DNA from: Candidatus Latescibacterota bacterium
Lineage (GTDB): Bacteria > Latescibacterota > UBA2968 > UBA8231
Assembly (NCBI GenBank): GCA_965200315.1
Contig: OZ241362.1
Span: 3,424,001-3,488,000 of the forward strand
Direction of reading: 5' to 3'
Length of the DNA stretch: 64,000 nt
This document shows positions 50,402 to 60,159 of this stretch, piece by piece. A model generated the notes under the pieces. That model was not told where the DNA came from. It did no database searches and was given only the letters and a program-made list of their open reading frames with translations. The translations under genes and the position numbers were made by a program. Positions within the stretch are counted from its first letter, which is position 1. Every line of letters starts with the position of its first letter.

Positions 50402-51675
50402 GGCTCAACTCCAAAGCGCCGATACCAGTCGTCCCTTCGGCTGAGCTCAGGTCGAAGCCTCGGCGCGGCGGGCGGCGCAGAGCGTCGGCGCCGGTACTGC
50501 GCAGCCGTCGCACCGCGCCGCGTCATTAGGTATCCGACGAGTGCCTTGAGGCTGTCGATATTGTGGGCGGGGGCAAAGAGGTCGATGTACGGCAAGGCGG
50601 CCTGCATGCCGCGCGTGGCGGGCCGGTAGTCCGGGCTGCCCAACAGGGGGTTGAGCCAGATTAGGCAGCGGCTGCGGCGCTGCAACGCACGCATACTTTC
50701 TTCGAGGATCTCAATGTCGCCGGTGTCCCAGCCGTCGCTGACGATGACCAGCGCGGTCTGGTGATCAACGAGATCGGCGTGTTTGCTGCGGAAGGTCTCC
50801 AGCGCAGTGCCGATGCGCGTACCGCCCGACCAGTCTGGCACCTGTGCGGCAATCGAGTCCAACCCCGCGCTTAGGTCGTTGCCCCTCAGCAGGGGCGCGA
50901 CGTGGTGTAGCGAGGTCGCAAACACAAACGTCTCGATGCGGCGATAGGCGTTTTGGAAAGCGTACATGAACTGGATCAAGAAGCGGCTGTACAGGTCCAT
51001 GGACTTACTGACATCGCACAGCAAGACCAGCTTGGGCTTCTGGCGGGTGCGGCGGCAATAAGAAAGGTCCAACAGCTCGCCGCCGCGGCGCAGGCTGGCG
51101 CGAAGGGTGCGCCGCAAGTCGAGGCGGCCCGGCGGGCGGGTGGGCCGATAGCGGCGGCTAAAGCGCGTGGCGAGCGTGCGGGCAATGGCTTGCAGCAATC
51201 GCCCGATCTCCTCCAGCTCTTCGGCGTTAAAGTCCTTAAAGTCGCGCTTTGTATGCACCTCGATGGGGCTGTACCCGGCGGCCTCGCGCTCCTCTTCGGT
51301 CGGCTCGCCCTGTTTGAGCCAATCGCGGACGCTCGTCAGGCCGTTCTTACCGGGTCGGCGGGCACTGGCTTTTCCAGAGGCAGAGGGCTCGGGCTGGGGC
51401 TGACCCAATTCGCCAGCGCGATCCCATACGGACCAATAGACATCGAAAAGCGCGTCGAAGAGCTGCTGCTCGGCCGGCGTCTTGGCCAAAATCGTCCGCA
51501 AGCTTAGCCGAAAGTCCTCCGGGTCTGACAGGTCAATGGCCGCGAGGGCGCGCAGCGCGTCTTGCTCCTCGCCCAAAGCCACGCCGGCACACTGGGTGCG
51601 CAACAGGCGGCAGAAGCCGACCACATTCGCGCTCAACGCGCCGTGCAATGCGATGTCGTCGATCTTGTGATTCAT
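50398..51675 (-). CDS. coxE: CoxE-like VWA domain protein
   Basis: DVSKSMD, WSGGTRIG, VSDGWD and WLNPL motifs. Confidence 0.9.
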   Translation of the reverse strand: MNHKIDDIALHGALSANVVGFCRLLRTQCAGVALGEEQDALRALAAIDLSDPEDFRLSLRTILAKTPAEQQLFDALFDVYWSVWDRAGELGQPQPEPSASGKASARRPGKNGLTSVRDWLKQGEPTEEEREAAGYSPIEVHTKRDFKDFNAEELEEIGRLLQAIARTLATRFSRRYRPTRPPGRLDLRRTLRASLRRGGELLDLSYCRRTRQKPKLVLLCDVSKSMDLYSRFLIQFMYAFQNAYRRIETFVFATSLHHVAPLLRGNDLSAGLDSIAAQVPDWSGGTRIGTALETFRSKHADLVDHQTALVIVSDGWDTGDIEILEESMRALQRRSRCLIWLNPLLGSPDYRPATRGMQAALPYIDLFAPAHNIDSLKALVGYLMTRRGATAAQYRRRRSAPPAAPRLRPELSRRDDWYRRFGVEP

Positions 51676-52568
51676 CGTTCTGGAGCCAGCTTGGCGCGGA
51701 CCCCCAATCCTGCCAAGAACTCGGCCAGCGATTGCTTAACCTGCGCCACGTCGCGTTGGTCCTTGAACACAATGCCCAAGGTATCCGCCACGACTTCGAG
51801 GTCGAGGTGGTGCTGGTGCAGGGCGACGAGGGCCTTGGCCCAGTCGAGGGTTTCGGCGACGCCGGGGACCTTTTCGAGGCGCTGCAGGCGGATCTTTTCC
51901 ATGAAGCGACATATCTGCTCGGCGAGCTGGCCGTCGATCCCAGCGACCTTGCCGCGCACGATCTCCACTTCCTTGGCAAATTCCGGGTAGTCGATCCACA
52001 AATAGAAGCAGCGGCGGCGCACGGCGTCGGAAAGCTCGCGGGTGCGATTGCTAGTCAAGATCACGTGCGGCCGCGCCGCTGCGCAGATGGTGCCGATTTC
52101 CGGGATGGTGATCTGCCAGTCGGACAGCACTTCAAGGAGAAAGCTCTCAAATTCCTCGTCGGCCCGGTCGAGTTCGTCAATCAGCAGCACCGGCGGGACG
52201 GGCTGGGTAATGGCTTGCAGCAAGGGGCGCTTGAGCAGGAAGTCCTCGGAGAAAAGGTCGGCCTCGCGCTCGGCTAGGGGGCGTTGGCTGTTCTCGTCGA
52301 GCTTGAGGTGCAATAGCTGACGTTGGTAGTTCCACTCGTACAGGGCGGCGTGGGCATCTAGCCCTTCGTAGCACTGCAAGCGGATCAGCTCGGCGTCGAG
52401 GGCGCGGGCTACCACCTTGGCAACCTCGGTTTTGCCGACGCCAGCCGGCCCCTCGATGAGCAAGGGACGCTCCAAGGTCTGAGCGAGGTACACGGACATA
52501 ACAACTTGGCGATCGGCGACGTACCCATGCTCGGCGAGCATCTCTTGGATCTCAGCAGTGGCACTCAT
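51672..52568 (-). CDS. coxD: CoxD-like MoxR AAA+ ATPase
   Basis: EGPAGVGKT, RLQCYEGLD and LLIDELDRADEEFE motifs. Confidence 0.9.
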   Translation of the reverse strand: MSATAEIQEMLAEHGYVADRQVVMSVYLAQTLERPLLIEGPAGVGKTEVAKVVARALDAELIRLQCYEGLDAHAALYEWNYQRQLLHLKLDENSQRPLAEREADLFSEDFLLKRPLLQAITQPVPPVLLIDELDRADEEFESFLLEVLSDWQITIPEIGTICAAARPHVILTSNRTRELSDAVRRRCFYLWIDYPEFAKEVEIVRGKVAGIDGQLAEQICRFMEKIRLQRLEKVPGVAETLDWAKALVALHQHHLDLEVVADTLGIVFKDQRDVAQVKQSLAEFLAGLGVRAKLAPER

Positions 52569-52647
52569 CAGGCCCCTCTCGTTGCGCGGTATAATGTCCT
52601 ATTCGCCGCCTGCACGGTCGGAGTCGCAGGCGGTGCAAGTTACCTAA

Positions 52648-52790
52648 CTGATTTACGCACAGGAGGCTTCTTGGGTAGGAGATGCTTCGCTTCGCTCAGC
52701 ATGCCAGCGTCGGCGTTCTTTCTTGTCATGCTGAGCGGAGCGAAGCGGAGTCGAAGCATCCAATACCTAGGTGTCCGTGCGTAACGTCAG
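52648..52790. mobile_element. ~143-bp MITE carrying an internal palindromic repeat
   Basis: Ends CTGATTTACGCAC / GTGCGTAACGTCAG are imperfect TIRs. Internal GATGCTTCG..CTCAGCATG / CATGCTGAG..CGAAGCATC forms an inverted pair. Flanks TTACCTAA/TGCCCTAA are a degenerate TSD. Confidence 0.65.
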
Positions 52791-52913
52791 TGCCCTAATA
52801 TCACGTGCCGACTTCCGTACAGCAAGAACGTGCCGACGCCGCCTGACGTTGCCCACTATTAGGGATTCTCTATATTTTCAAGTCTCTTTTACTCCGTCTG
52901 TGGACGCCTTTGT

Positions 52914-53963
52914 ATGGCCCTTGAAACACCCGCCAAAACCGAGTTAGTGCGCGACCTTTTGGGCCGCCCGCTGGCCTCTTTGCGCGTGTCGGTAATCGAC
53001 CGTTGCGATCTGCGCTGCCAGTACTGCATGCCCGAAGAGCACTACTCTTGGCTGCCGAGTGCAGACATCCTCAACGTCTCCGAGCTTGAGCGCGTGGTCG
53101 ATGCCTTTTGCCAAGTTGGCGTTCGCAGCGTGCGCCTGACCGGCGGCGAGCCGCTATTGCGCACCGACCTGCTCGAACTCGTCGCCCGCCTCACACGGTT
53201 ACCACTGGTCGAGGACCTAGCGCTGACGACCAATGCGAGGCGACTGGCGAGCCAAGCTGAACCGCTACGAGAAGCCGGGCTGCGGCGTATCACCGTCAGC
53301 TTGGACTCGTTGCAGCCGGCGCGCTTTGAGGCCCTGACGCGGCGAGCCGCGCACGCCAAGGTCCTCGGGGGAATCCGCGCCGCCGCCGCAACTGGCTTTG
53401 ACGCGCTCAAGATCAATTCGGTCGTGATGCGCGGCTTCAACGACGACGAACTGGTGGATCTGCTCGAATTCGGACGGGAGGTGGGCGCGGAGGTCCGCTT
53501 CATCGAATACATGGACGTCGGCGGGGCCACGAACTGGTCGCTCGGAGAGGTGGTGTCTCAGCAGGAGATGCTAGCGAAGCTAGAAGCGCACTACGGGCCT
53601 ATCGAGCGCGAGGCGGGGCGGGGCTCTGCGCCCGCAGAGCGCTTCCGCCTGCGCGACGGGACGAGCTTTGGCATCGTCGCGTCGGTCACCGAGCCGTTCT
53701 GCGGGGCCTGCGATCGCAGCCGCCTAACAGCCGACGGCCTGTGGTACTTGTGCCTCTATGCTCAGCAGGGCACCGACCTGAAGCCTTTGCTGCGCAACGG
53801 AGCGGACCGCGAGCGATTAGTGCGACGCATTTGCGCCGGGTGGGCGGGACGAACGGACCGCAGCGCCGAAGAGCGGCGCGATGATCCGCACCGCGGCGTG
53901 CTCTATCAAGTCGCGGAATTGCAAGCCGATCCGCACCGCGAGATGCACACCCGCGGCGGCTGA
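52914..53963 (+). CDS. moaA: GTP 3',8-cyclase MoaA
   Basis: CDLRCQYC radical SAM motif, LTGGEPLLR, FCGACDRSRLT and C-terminal GG. Confidence 0.95.
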   Translation: MALETPAKTELVRDLLGRPLASLRVSVIDRCDLRCQYCMPEEHYSWLPSADILNVSELERVVDAFCQVGVRSVRLTGGEPLLRTDLLELVARLTRLPLVEDLALTTNARRLASQAEPLREAGLRRITVSLDSLQPARFEALTRRAAHAKVLGGIRAAAATGFDALKINSVVMRGFNDDELVDLLEFGREVGAEVRFIEYMDVGGATNWSLGEVVSQQEMLAKLEAHYGPIEREAGRGSAPAERFRLRDGTSFGIVASVTEPFCGACDRSRLTADGLWYLCLYAQQGTDLKPLLRNGADRERLVRRICAGWAGRTDRSAEERRDDPHRGVLYQVAELQADPHREMHTRGG

Positions 53964-53983
53964 GCCGCACCTTCCCCCACTAC

Positions 53984-56095
53984 ATGGATTACGCTCGCGC
54001 CAAACGCTATTTGGACGCCTTGCCCGATTGGGAGGTTGGCCGTCCAGCAGTCGGGCCTCTCGCGGATTACCTGCCGAGAATGTGCGCCCTGCTGGACCGC
54101 CTCGGCGACCCGCAGACGCACTTCCGCTCAATCATTGTCGGCGGCACCAACGGCAAGGGAACAGTCGCTAGCTTGCTCGCCGCCATCCTCAAGGCACACG
54201 GGCACAAGGCCGGGCTGTACACCTCGCCGCACCTGCACACCCAGCGCGAGCGGATCCGCATGGACGGCGATATGCTCAGCAAGGAACAATGGGCCGACGC
54301 CGTGTCGCACCTCGACGATTGCACCCGCGACTTTGGCCGAGAGGCGTTGGGCTCGTTTAGCAAGTTTGAGGCCCTAACCGGCCTCGCGGCCCATCTCTTC
54401 GCGCAGCAGAAGGTAGAGTTCGGGATTTTTGAGGTAGGGCTAGGGGGGCGTTATGACGCGACCAACGCTTGGGACTCGGAGCTGGCCGTTCTGACGGCTA
54501 TTGGCCTAGACCACGTGGACCTGCTGGGCAATACCTTGGAGGAAATCGCCGCTGACAAGCTGCACATCGCCCGGTCGGGTCGTGCGCTCATTACTACGGC
54601 GGCGCAGTCCCCCGAGGTTATGGACCTAATCCGGCAGACCTGTGCAAAAAAAGAAGTGAAGTTGCAAATCGCCGGAACGGAATGGCCCCTAAGTCACCTA
54701 ACGGGCTGTCCAGCGACCTACGCGGAAAATGCGCGGCTAGCCCTTGAAGCGGCGCAGGGACTCGTCCAATGCCTAGACGACGAGATAATGCACCAAGTCG
54801 TGGCCGCCCATCACTGGCCGGGTCGCTTTGAAGTGGCGCACGAGAGGCCGTTGGTCTTGCTCGACGGTGCGCATAATCCAGCGGCTGCTGAGGCGTTGGC
54901 CGGGGAGTTACAGCGGCTGAGCGGCGAGCGTCCCGGCGCCAATACTGACGACTCATGGGTACTGGTCGTCGGCGCGGGAACAGGGCACGATGCGGCGGGG
55001 ATTTTGCACTCCCTAGCACCGGTGGCGCAGCGGGTCTTGCTGACTTCATCGGACCATCCACGGGCGCAGGCACCAGCGGTACTAGCAGACCTAGCACCGG
55101 ACGGTCTAGCCGTCGAGCAGGTCCCTACAAGCAGCCAAGCTCTCAAGCGCGCGCTGGCACTGGCGGGCCGTAAAGGTCGAGTCTGCGTGGCCGGGTCGCT
55201 GCACTTGGTGGCGCGGGCGCGGGAGTTTTTCAACCTGCCCGGCGAGCGCGACAGCATCACCGAAGACATGGCGCTGGAGAATCTGGAGTGCGTCGCCGAA
55301 GCGGGCCGGCGACAGGGACTCATCTGTGAGTGGATTTCGGACGACGGCACGCGGCTCAAGCTGTCGGGCGGACGGCGGCCCCTGCGCTTCTGGCGCAACA
55401 AGCATCCCTTCAACGACTACGTCGAAGCCCGGCTCGCCGAAGACAAGGCGTACCAATACGAGGATTTCACCGCGGCCGGATTGCCAGTCCCCGATACGCT
55501 CAAGCTCTTCAACCCGCTGGCCGACGCGCGCTTCGATCGCTACAAGAGCCACGCCACAGTCGCGGAGATCGTCGAGGAGGTCGTGGCGCGGTTCGCGTTC
55601 CCCCTATTGGTCAAGAAGTGCCACAGCTCACTGGCGCAGGGCGTGTTCTTGGAGCGCAACTCAACAGACCTCGGTACGCGGCTCGAAGCCCTCTTTGCCA
55701 ACAGCGCCTTTTTGGACAACATCGCACTGGTGCAGCAATACGTGGCCGGGCCAGAGTATCGGATCGTCGCTAGCCGCGACGAACTGTTGCTGGCCTATCG
55801 CAAGGAGAGCGAGGCCGTAGGCGCAGACGGGGACCTCAATCCGCTGCATCAAGCCACAGGGCGCGCCGTGCGCTTAGAAGACGCGGCCCTGCTAGCGCAA
55901 ATGCAACAGCTAACCTCGCAAGTGGCCGGCGTGTTCTCGCTCGGTTTTTACGCCATCGACCTCATCCACGGCGCGGACGGTTTCTCCATTATCGAGATCA
56001 ATCCCAACCCCATGTGCTACGCTTACAACCGCGACAACGGCCGCCGGGACTTCATTCGGCTATACGAGCGGCTGCTCACCCAATTTGCCCTGTAA
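53984..56095 (+). CDS. folC: FolC (folylpolyglutamate/dihydrofolate synthase) fused to a C-terminal ATP-grasp domain
   Basis: GTNGKGT, YTSPHL, EVGLGGRYDATN and DGAHNP. These are followed by LLVK..GV..QQYV..EYR..D..IEINPNP ATP-grasp motifs. Confidence 0.85.
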   Translation: MDYARAKRYLDALPDWEVGRPAVGPLADYLPRMCALLDRLGDPQTHFRSIIVGGTNGKGTVASLLAAILKAHGHKAGLYTSPHLHTQRERIRMDGDMLSKEQWADAVSHLDDCTRDFGREALGSFSKFEALTGLAAHLFAQQKVEFGIFEVGLGGRYDATNAWDSELAVLTAIGLDHVDLLGNTLEEIAADKLHIARSGRALITTAAQSPEVMDLIRQTCAKKEVKLQIAGTEWPLSHLTGCPATYAENARLALEAAQGLVQCLDDEIMHQVVAAHHWPGRFEVAHERPLVLLDGAHNPAAAEALAGELQRLSGERPGANTDDSWVLVVGAGTGHDAAGILHSLAPVAQRVLLTSSDHPRAQAPAVLADLAPDGLAVEQVPTSSQALKRALALAGRKGRVCVAGSLHLVARAREFFNLPGERDSITEDMALENLECVAEAGRRQGLICEWISDDGTRLKLSGGRRPLRFWRNKHPFNDYVEARLAEDKAYQYEDFTAAGLPVPDTLKLFNPLADARFDRYKSHATVAEIVEEVVARFAFPLLVKKCHSSLAQGVFLERNSTDLGTRLEALFANSAFLDNIALVQQYVAGPEYRIVASRDELLLAYRKESEAVGADGDLNPLHQATGRAVRLEDAALLAQMQQLTSQVAGVFSLGFYAIDLIHGADGFSIIEINPNPMCYAYNRDNGRRDFIRLYERLLTQFAL

Positions 56096-56113
56096 ACCCG
56101 TTAGGAAACCTCA

Positions 56114-57250
56114 ATGGATATTCAGACCCGACTCGTCCATACTGGCGAGGAGCGCATCAAAGGTGCCGTGGTGACACCGATCTTCCAGAGCTCGACTTTT
56201 GTCTCGCAAGACGAGCAGGACTACGACGCCATCCGCTATCTCCGCCTCAACAACACGCCCAACCACCGCGCCCTGCATGCCAAACTGGCCGCTATCTGCG
56301 GCGGCGAGGACGCCTTGGTCGCCGGCTCGGGAATGGCGGCGATCACCACCGCATTGATAACCGTGCTCAACAGCGGCGATCACCTGCTGATCCAAGACTG
56401 CCTCTACGGGGGGACGCACAGCTTTGTGACGCAGGATGCGCCGGGCTTGGGGCTGCGCTACGACTTTATCGCCGGCAACGCGCCTGAGACGTGGGCGGCC
56501 AAGCTGCGGCCCGAGACGCGGGCGATCTACGTGGAGACCATGACCAACCCACTGATGGAGGTAGCGGATTTAGAGTCGGTCGTGGCGTTTGCTCGCGAGC
56601 ACGGGCTAGTGTCCCTGATCGACAATACCTTTGCCTCGCCGTGCAACTTCCGCCCGCTGGAAATCGGGTTTGACATAGAGCTGCACAGCGCGACCAAATA
56701 CCTCAACGGCCATTCGGACCTCGTTGCGGGCGCGGTCGTCGGCTCGGCGGCATACATCAAGGCCATTCGGCACAAGCTGAATCACTTGGGCGGCTCGCTG
56801 GATGTCCACGCCTGCTTTCTGCTGCAACGGGGCTTGAAGACCCTGTCGCTGAGGATGCGGCAACACGACGAAAATGGGTTGCGGCTGGCACGCTTTTTGG
56901 CCGAGCAGGCGCAGGTAGCGCGAGTGAACTACCCAGGACTAAAAGGCCATACGCAATACGAGCGGGCGCAGCGGCTGTTTGCCGGGGCGGGCGGCGTGTT
57001 GAGCTTTGAGCTGCACGGGGGCGTGGAGGCGGCCGAGCGGTTGCTGTCCAAGCTGGTTCTGCCAGCGTCAGCCCCCAGTCTCGGCGGGGTCGAAACCCTC
57101 ATCACTCGGCCCGTCACCACGTCGCACAGCGGCTTGAGCCGAGAGGAGCTAGCGGCCATGGGCCTAGCCGACGGCTTGGTGCGAGTGGCGTGCGGCATTG
57201 AGGCCGCCGAGGATTTGTGCGCGGACTTTGCGCAGGCGCTGGCTGGATAG
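56114..57250 (+). CDS. Cys/Met metabolism PLP enzyme (cystathionine gamma-lyase/synthase family)
   Basis: SGMAAI, LYGGT, IDNTFA, HSATKYLNGHSD and SLGGVETL motifs. Confidence 0.92.
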   Translation: MDIQTRLVHTGEERIKGAVVTPIFQSSTFVSQDEQDYDAIRYLRLNNTPNHRALHAKLAAICGGEDALVAGSGMAAITTALITVLNSGDHLLIQDCLYGGTHSFVTQDAPGLGLRYDFIAGNAPETWAAKLRPETRAIYVETMTNPLMEVADLESVVAFAREHGLVSLIDNTFASPCNFRPLEIGFDIELHSATKYLNGHSDLVAGAVVGSAAYIKAIRHKLNHLGGSLDVHACFLLQRGLKTLSLRMRQHDENGLRLARFLAEQAQVARVNYPGLKGHTQYERAQRLFAGAGGVLSFELHGGVEAAERLLSKLVLPASAPSLGGVETLITRPVTTSHSGLSREELAAMGLADGLVRVACGIEAAEDLCADFAQALAG

Positions 57251-57259
57251 TTCTGTTAC

Positions 57260-58301
57260 GGAACCTCTGATCAAGTTAAATTTTTAAAAACCGGAAGATT
57301 TGGTTGAATTTTAGTTCTGTATCGACGAGCTAATAGTTTTCTTTCGGGGTGTATTGGTACCCTTTTTTTGTTCTAATCTGGGCTGTAGACGGATTGCGCC
57401 CTACGTCGCCGCTAATGCTCTACGTGCTAGGTATACATTGGCCAACGCAAACAAGGTGAACCCCTGGGCGGCGTTCTTGGCCAAGCCGCGATAGCGCACC
57501 TTGCTATAGCCCCATAGGTGCTTGATGATGCCAAAGGAATGTTCGACCCGGGCGCGTGTGCGGTTACTCTTTCGGTTAAACGAGCGGTCCGCACCGGTGA
57601 GTTTCCTACCGCGCGTGGCCTTGCGCAGGACGCGCCATGCAATTCCCTCAGCTTGGGCGTCCTGCTGGCGTTGGGCATCCACATAGGCTTTGTCGCCATA
57701 AATGGCCTCTTCGGCGCCATGCAAACACTCGTCCATCCTCTGCCAATCATGCACCGACGCCGAGGTCACTACGACGGGATGTACCCGTCCCTGAAGATCA
57801 CTACCCACGTGCGCTTTGAGACCCAAATGCCACGTCGTTCCCTTCTTGGTCGAACCCATCTGCGGAGCCCGGGCCTGATCCCGGTTCTGGGTCGAAGTCG
57901 GCGCCGTGAGCATGGTCGCGTCCACAATGGTACCTTCGCGCAGGAGCAAACCTCGATCCGACAAATACTGACCGATGCATTCAAACAAGCACTCCGTCAA
58001 CTGATGCCGTTCCAAAAAATGGCGAAATTTGCCGATCGTCGTCTCATCTGGAATGGCATCCAACGCCGCCCCCGCAAAGCGGCGCATCGACGCTATGTCA
58101 TACAGACTATCCTCCATCGCCGGGCCGGAAAGCCCATACCATTGTGGCATGAAATAGAGGCGCAACATCGTTTCCGCAGCAAGCGGACGACGACCCCGAC
58201 CCGGCTTGGGATAATGCCGAAGAATCGGTGGCAGAAGGGCATCCCACGGCAACAATTCATTCATCTCGCCGAGAAAGCGCTCTTGGCGCGTTGTTTTCTT
58301 T
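57260..58301 (-). mobile_element. IS5-family element, 5'-truncated and degenerate (transposase 57401-58301)
   Basis: KKTTRQERFL, IPDETT, TIVDAT, KAHVG, YGDKAY and RARVEH motifs; GGAACCTCTGATCAAG end at 57260. The N-terminus is cut by the IS1595 TIR. Confidence 0.85.
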
Positions 58302-58357
58302 GGCAATTAGTATTTAAGGGCTTGACTGTCCCTTGATTCTCTAGTACTTTTCTCTGT

Positions 58358-58868
58358 ATGAACAGAGTTAGACTTGGCGATATTTGTACCGTCCGCAAGG
58401 GGGCTGCTCCGACCGCCTTTGATGGAGATATACCCTATCTGACGATGGAGTACCTTCGCGGGGAAAAAAACGAACCGCCGCTAGTCAAACCCGATTCTAA
58501 TAGCCTTCTGGCGTCCGATGGAGACATCCTACTGCTATGGGATGGGGCAAACGCTGGGGACTTTATACGAGCCAAGAGAGGCGTAGTATCTTCGACGGTT
58601 GCCCTGCTTAATCCCAATACTCAAATCGTTGATCTTGACTTTTTCTACGCAGCCTGTAAGAGAAAAAGCAACAAGAACGGGTACTACGATCCCCCACGTA
58701 CATGGGAAATCTCTTGCAACTATCCTCTTCGATCTACCCCCCCTCTCCGAACAACAAGTTATAGCGGAACTATTGGGGAAAGCCCGTCAAAGCGTTGAAT
58801 TAGCCCAGCAGCTAACCGAAAAATACCGACTACAAGAAAAAGCACTAAGGAAACGTTTGATACCATGA
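58358..58868 (+). pseudogene. Single-TRD type I R-M specificity (HsdS-like) gene, frameshifted
   Basis: Frame 1 has VRLGDIC and GDILLLWDGANAG. Frame 2 has TGTTIPHV..LPPLSEQQVIAELL plus a coiled coil. The shift is at ~58660-58675. Confidence 0.75.
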
Positions 58869-58870
58869 GA

Positions 58871-58902
58871 AAGCCCGTAGAAGGTGCGAACTTCTACGGG
58901 CT
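58871..58902 (+). terminator. Hairpin downstream of the hsdS-like gene
   Basis: AGCCCGTAGAAG-N-CTTCTACGGGCT 12-bp stem; no clear U-tract. Confidence 0.45.
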
Positions 58903-58935
58903 AAGTACTACCCCTAACCAACAGAAAGGACGACG

Positions 58936-59187
58936 ATGGCGATTGTGCCAATTACGGGGAAAAATCTCTTGCATGTACTAGCCGAGATGGGGATAGAAAA
59001 ACAATTTCAAATCTATAAGGCAGGAGAGATTCGCGTTTTGCCTGTTGAGCCGGACCCTGCTTCTCACTTTTTGCTGTCTTTCGATGAATGCCACTATTTG
59101 ATTCCTCGAAATGAGGCTCTTGTACTGGCTGATTTTTTTGCAAATTACCACCAGAACCACCCTGCTGAGGAGCAGTCATTTGATTGA
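58936..59187 (+). CDS. Hypothetical passenger protein (83 aa)
   Basis: AAAGGA RBS; AT-rich; lies inside the IS1595 TIRs. Confidence 0.55.
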   Translation: MAIVPITGKNLLHVLAEMGIEKQFQIYKAGEIRVLPVEPDPASHFLLSFDECHYLIPRNEALVLADFFANYHQNHPAEEQSFD

Positions 59188-59197
59188 CTCCGTATGG

Positions 59198-60070
59198 CTA
59201 CGCAAAGCAGGCCCGCAAGAAACCGTTGAAGGCGTCGGCGTCTTTGCGGTGGTTGTATTTCCAGACCGCTTCTGCTACGAACAAGGGCGACCAACCTTTC
59301 GTGTACTTATGATGCGAGCCGTACCAAGCGCGTTTGAGCAACGACCAAAAGCCTTCAATGGTATTGGTGTGTAGGGTCTTGTTGCTGGCGTCAACGTATT
59401 CCTCGGTGCGGTGGTTGACGGTGCGGTGCGGCATCAGCTTGTGAGCGTTGAAATAAACCGTGTACTCGTCCGTAATCAACGACGATTCTTCTACCTCGAC
59501 AGACTGCGCGATAAAGTCCAAGACGGTCGCGGCCTTAGTGTCGTCTGGTACAGCGGCTTTGACGCGCCCCCCGCGCTGGACGGCTCCAACGACGGGCGTT
59601 TTGCCAGTACCGCGCCCGCGCTTGTTGTTGTCGTTCTTGTAGCGAGGCTTACCGCCTACATACGTTTCGTCGGCCTCGATGATGCCGCGCAGTAGGGCCT
59701 TTTCGTCCGATGCCATAGCGGCGCGAATCCGCTGTTGCATGAACCACGCGCTTTTCTGGTTGAGTTCCAGATCGCGGGCTAGCTGGCAACTCGACAAGCT
59801 CTTTTTGGCGTTGGCCATTAGCGAGATGGCCAAGAACCACTTTTGCAGCGGGATTTTGGTCCCCTGAAAAATGGTTTGGGACAAGACATTAAAACTAGAA
59901 TGGCAGCCGTGGCAGTTCCAGCGGCCTACACGCTCATTCTCCGCTTTGCGGGCAACATCACAATCGCCGCACAGCGGGCAATAGGGGTCATTATTCCAGC
60001 GGATTTGCTCTAGATGAGCGATGCAAGCGGCTTGGTCGGGGTACTGATTGAAGATGCTTATTAGGTTCAT
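59198..60070 (-). CDS. IS1595 family transposase
   Basis: CPLC..CHGC zinc ribbon, EADETY, TDE, VNH and HTNTIEGFWS motifs. AAGGAGG RBS before ATG 60070. Confidence 0.93.
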   Translation of the reverse strand: MNLISIFNQYPDQAACIAHLEQIRWNNDPYCPLCGDCDVARKAENERVGRWNCHGCHSSFNVLSQTIFQGTKIPLQKWFLAISLMANAKKSLSSCQLARDLELNQKSAWFMQQRIRAAMASDEKALLRGIIEADETYVGGKPRYKNDNNKRGRGTGKTPVVGAVQRGGRVKAAVPDDTKAATVLDFIAQSVEVEESSLITDEYTVYFNAHKLMPHRTVNHRTEEYVDASNKTLHTNTIEGFWSLLKRAWYGSHHKYTKGWSPLFVAEAVWKYNHRKDADAFNGFLRACFA

Positions 60071-60159
60071 TTTCGTACCTCCTTTAACTACTATAAAGAT
60101 AGGAAAATAAAGAAAATATGGCAAGCCCTTAAATACTAATTGCCATATCTCTTTTATCT

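Larger units (their letters stand above)
58302..60144. mobile_element. IS1595-family element with passenger genes
   Basis: Perfect 23-bp TIRs GGCAATTAGTATTTAAGGGCTTG at 58302-58324 and 60122-60144 enclose the transposase and two passenger loci. Confidence 0.92.

Noticed and set aside
49235-52568. Evidence for aerobic CO oxidation
   Set aside because: Only accessory coxD/coxE/xdhC are present, with no coxL/M/S in the window. These genes also serve other molybdenum hydroxylases.
52821-52837. Sigma54 promoter for coxD (GGCACGTTCTTGCT, minus strand)
   Set aside because: GG-to-GC spacing is 9 nt rather than the required 10. It may instead belong to the ACGTGCCGAC direct repeat (52803, 52828).
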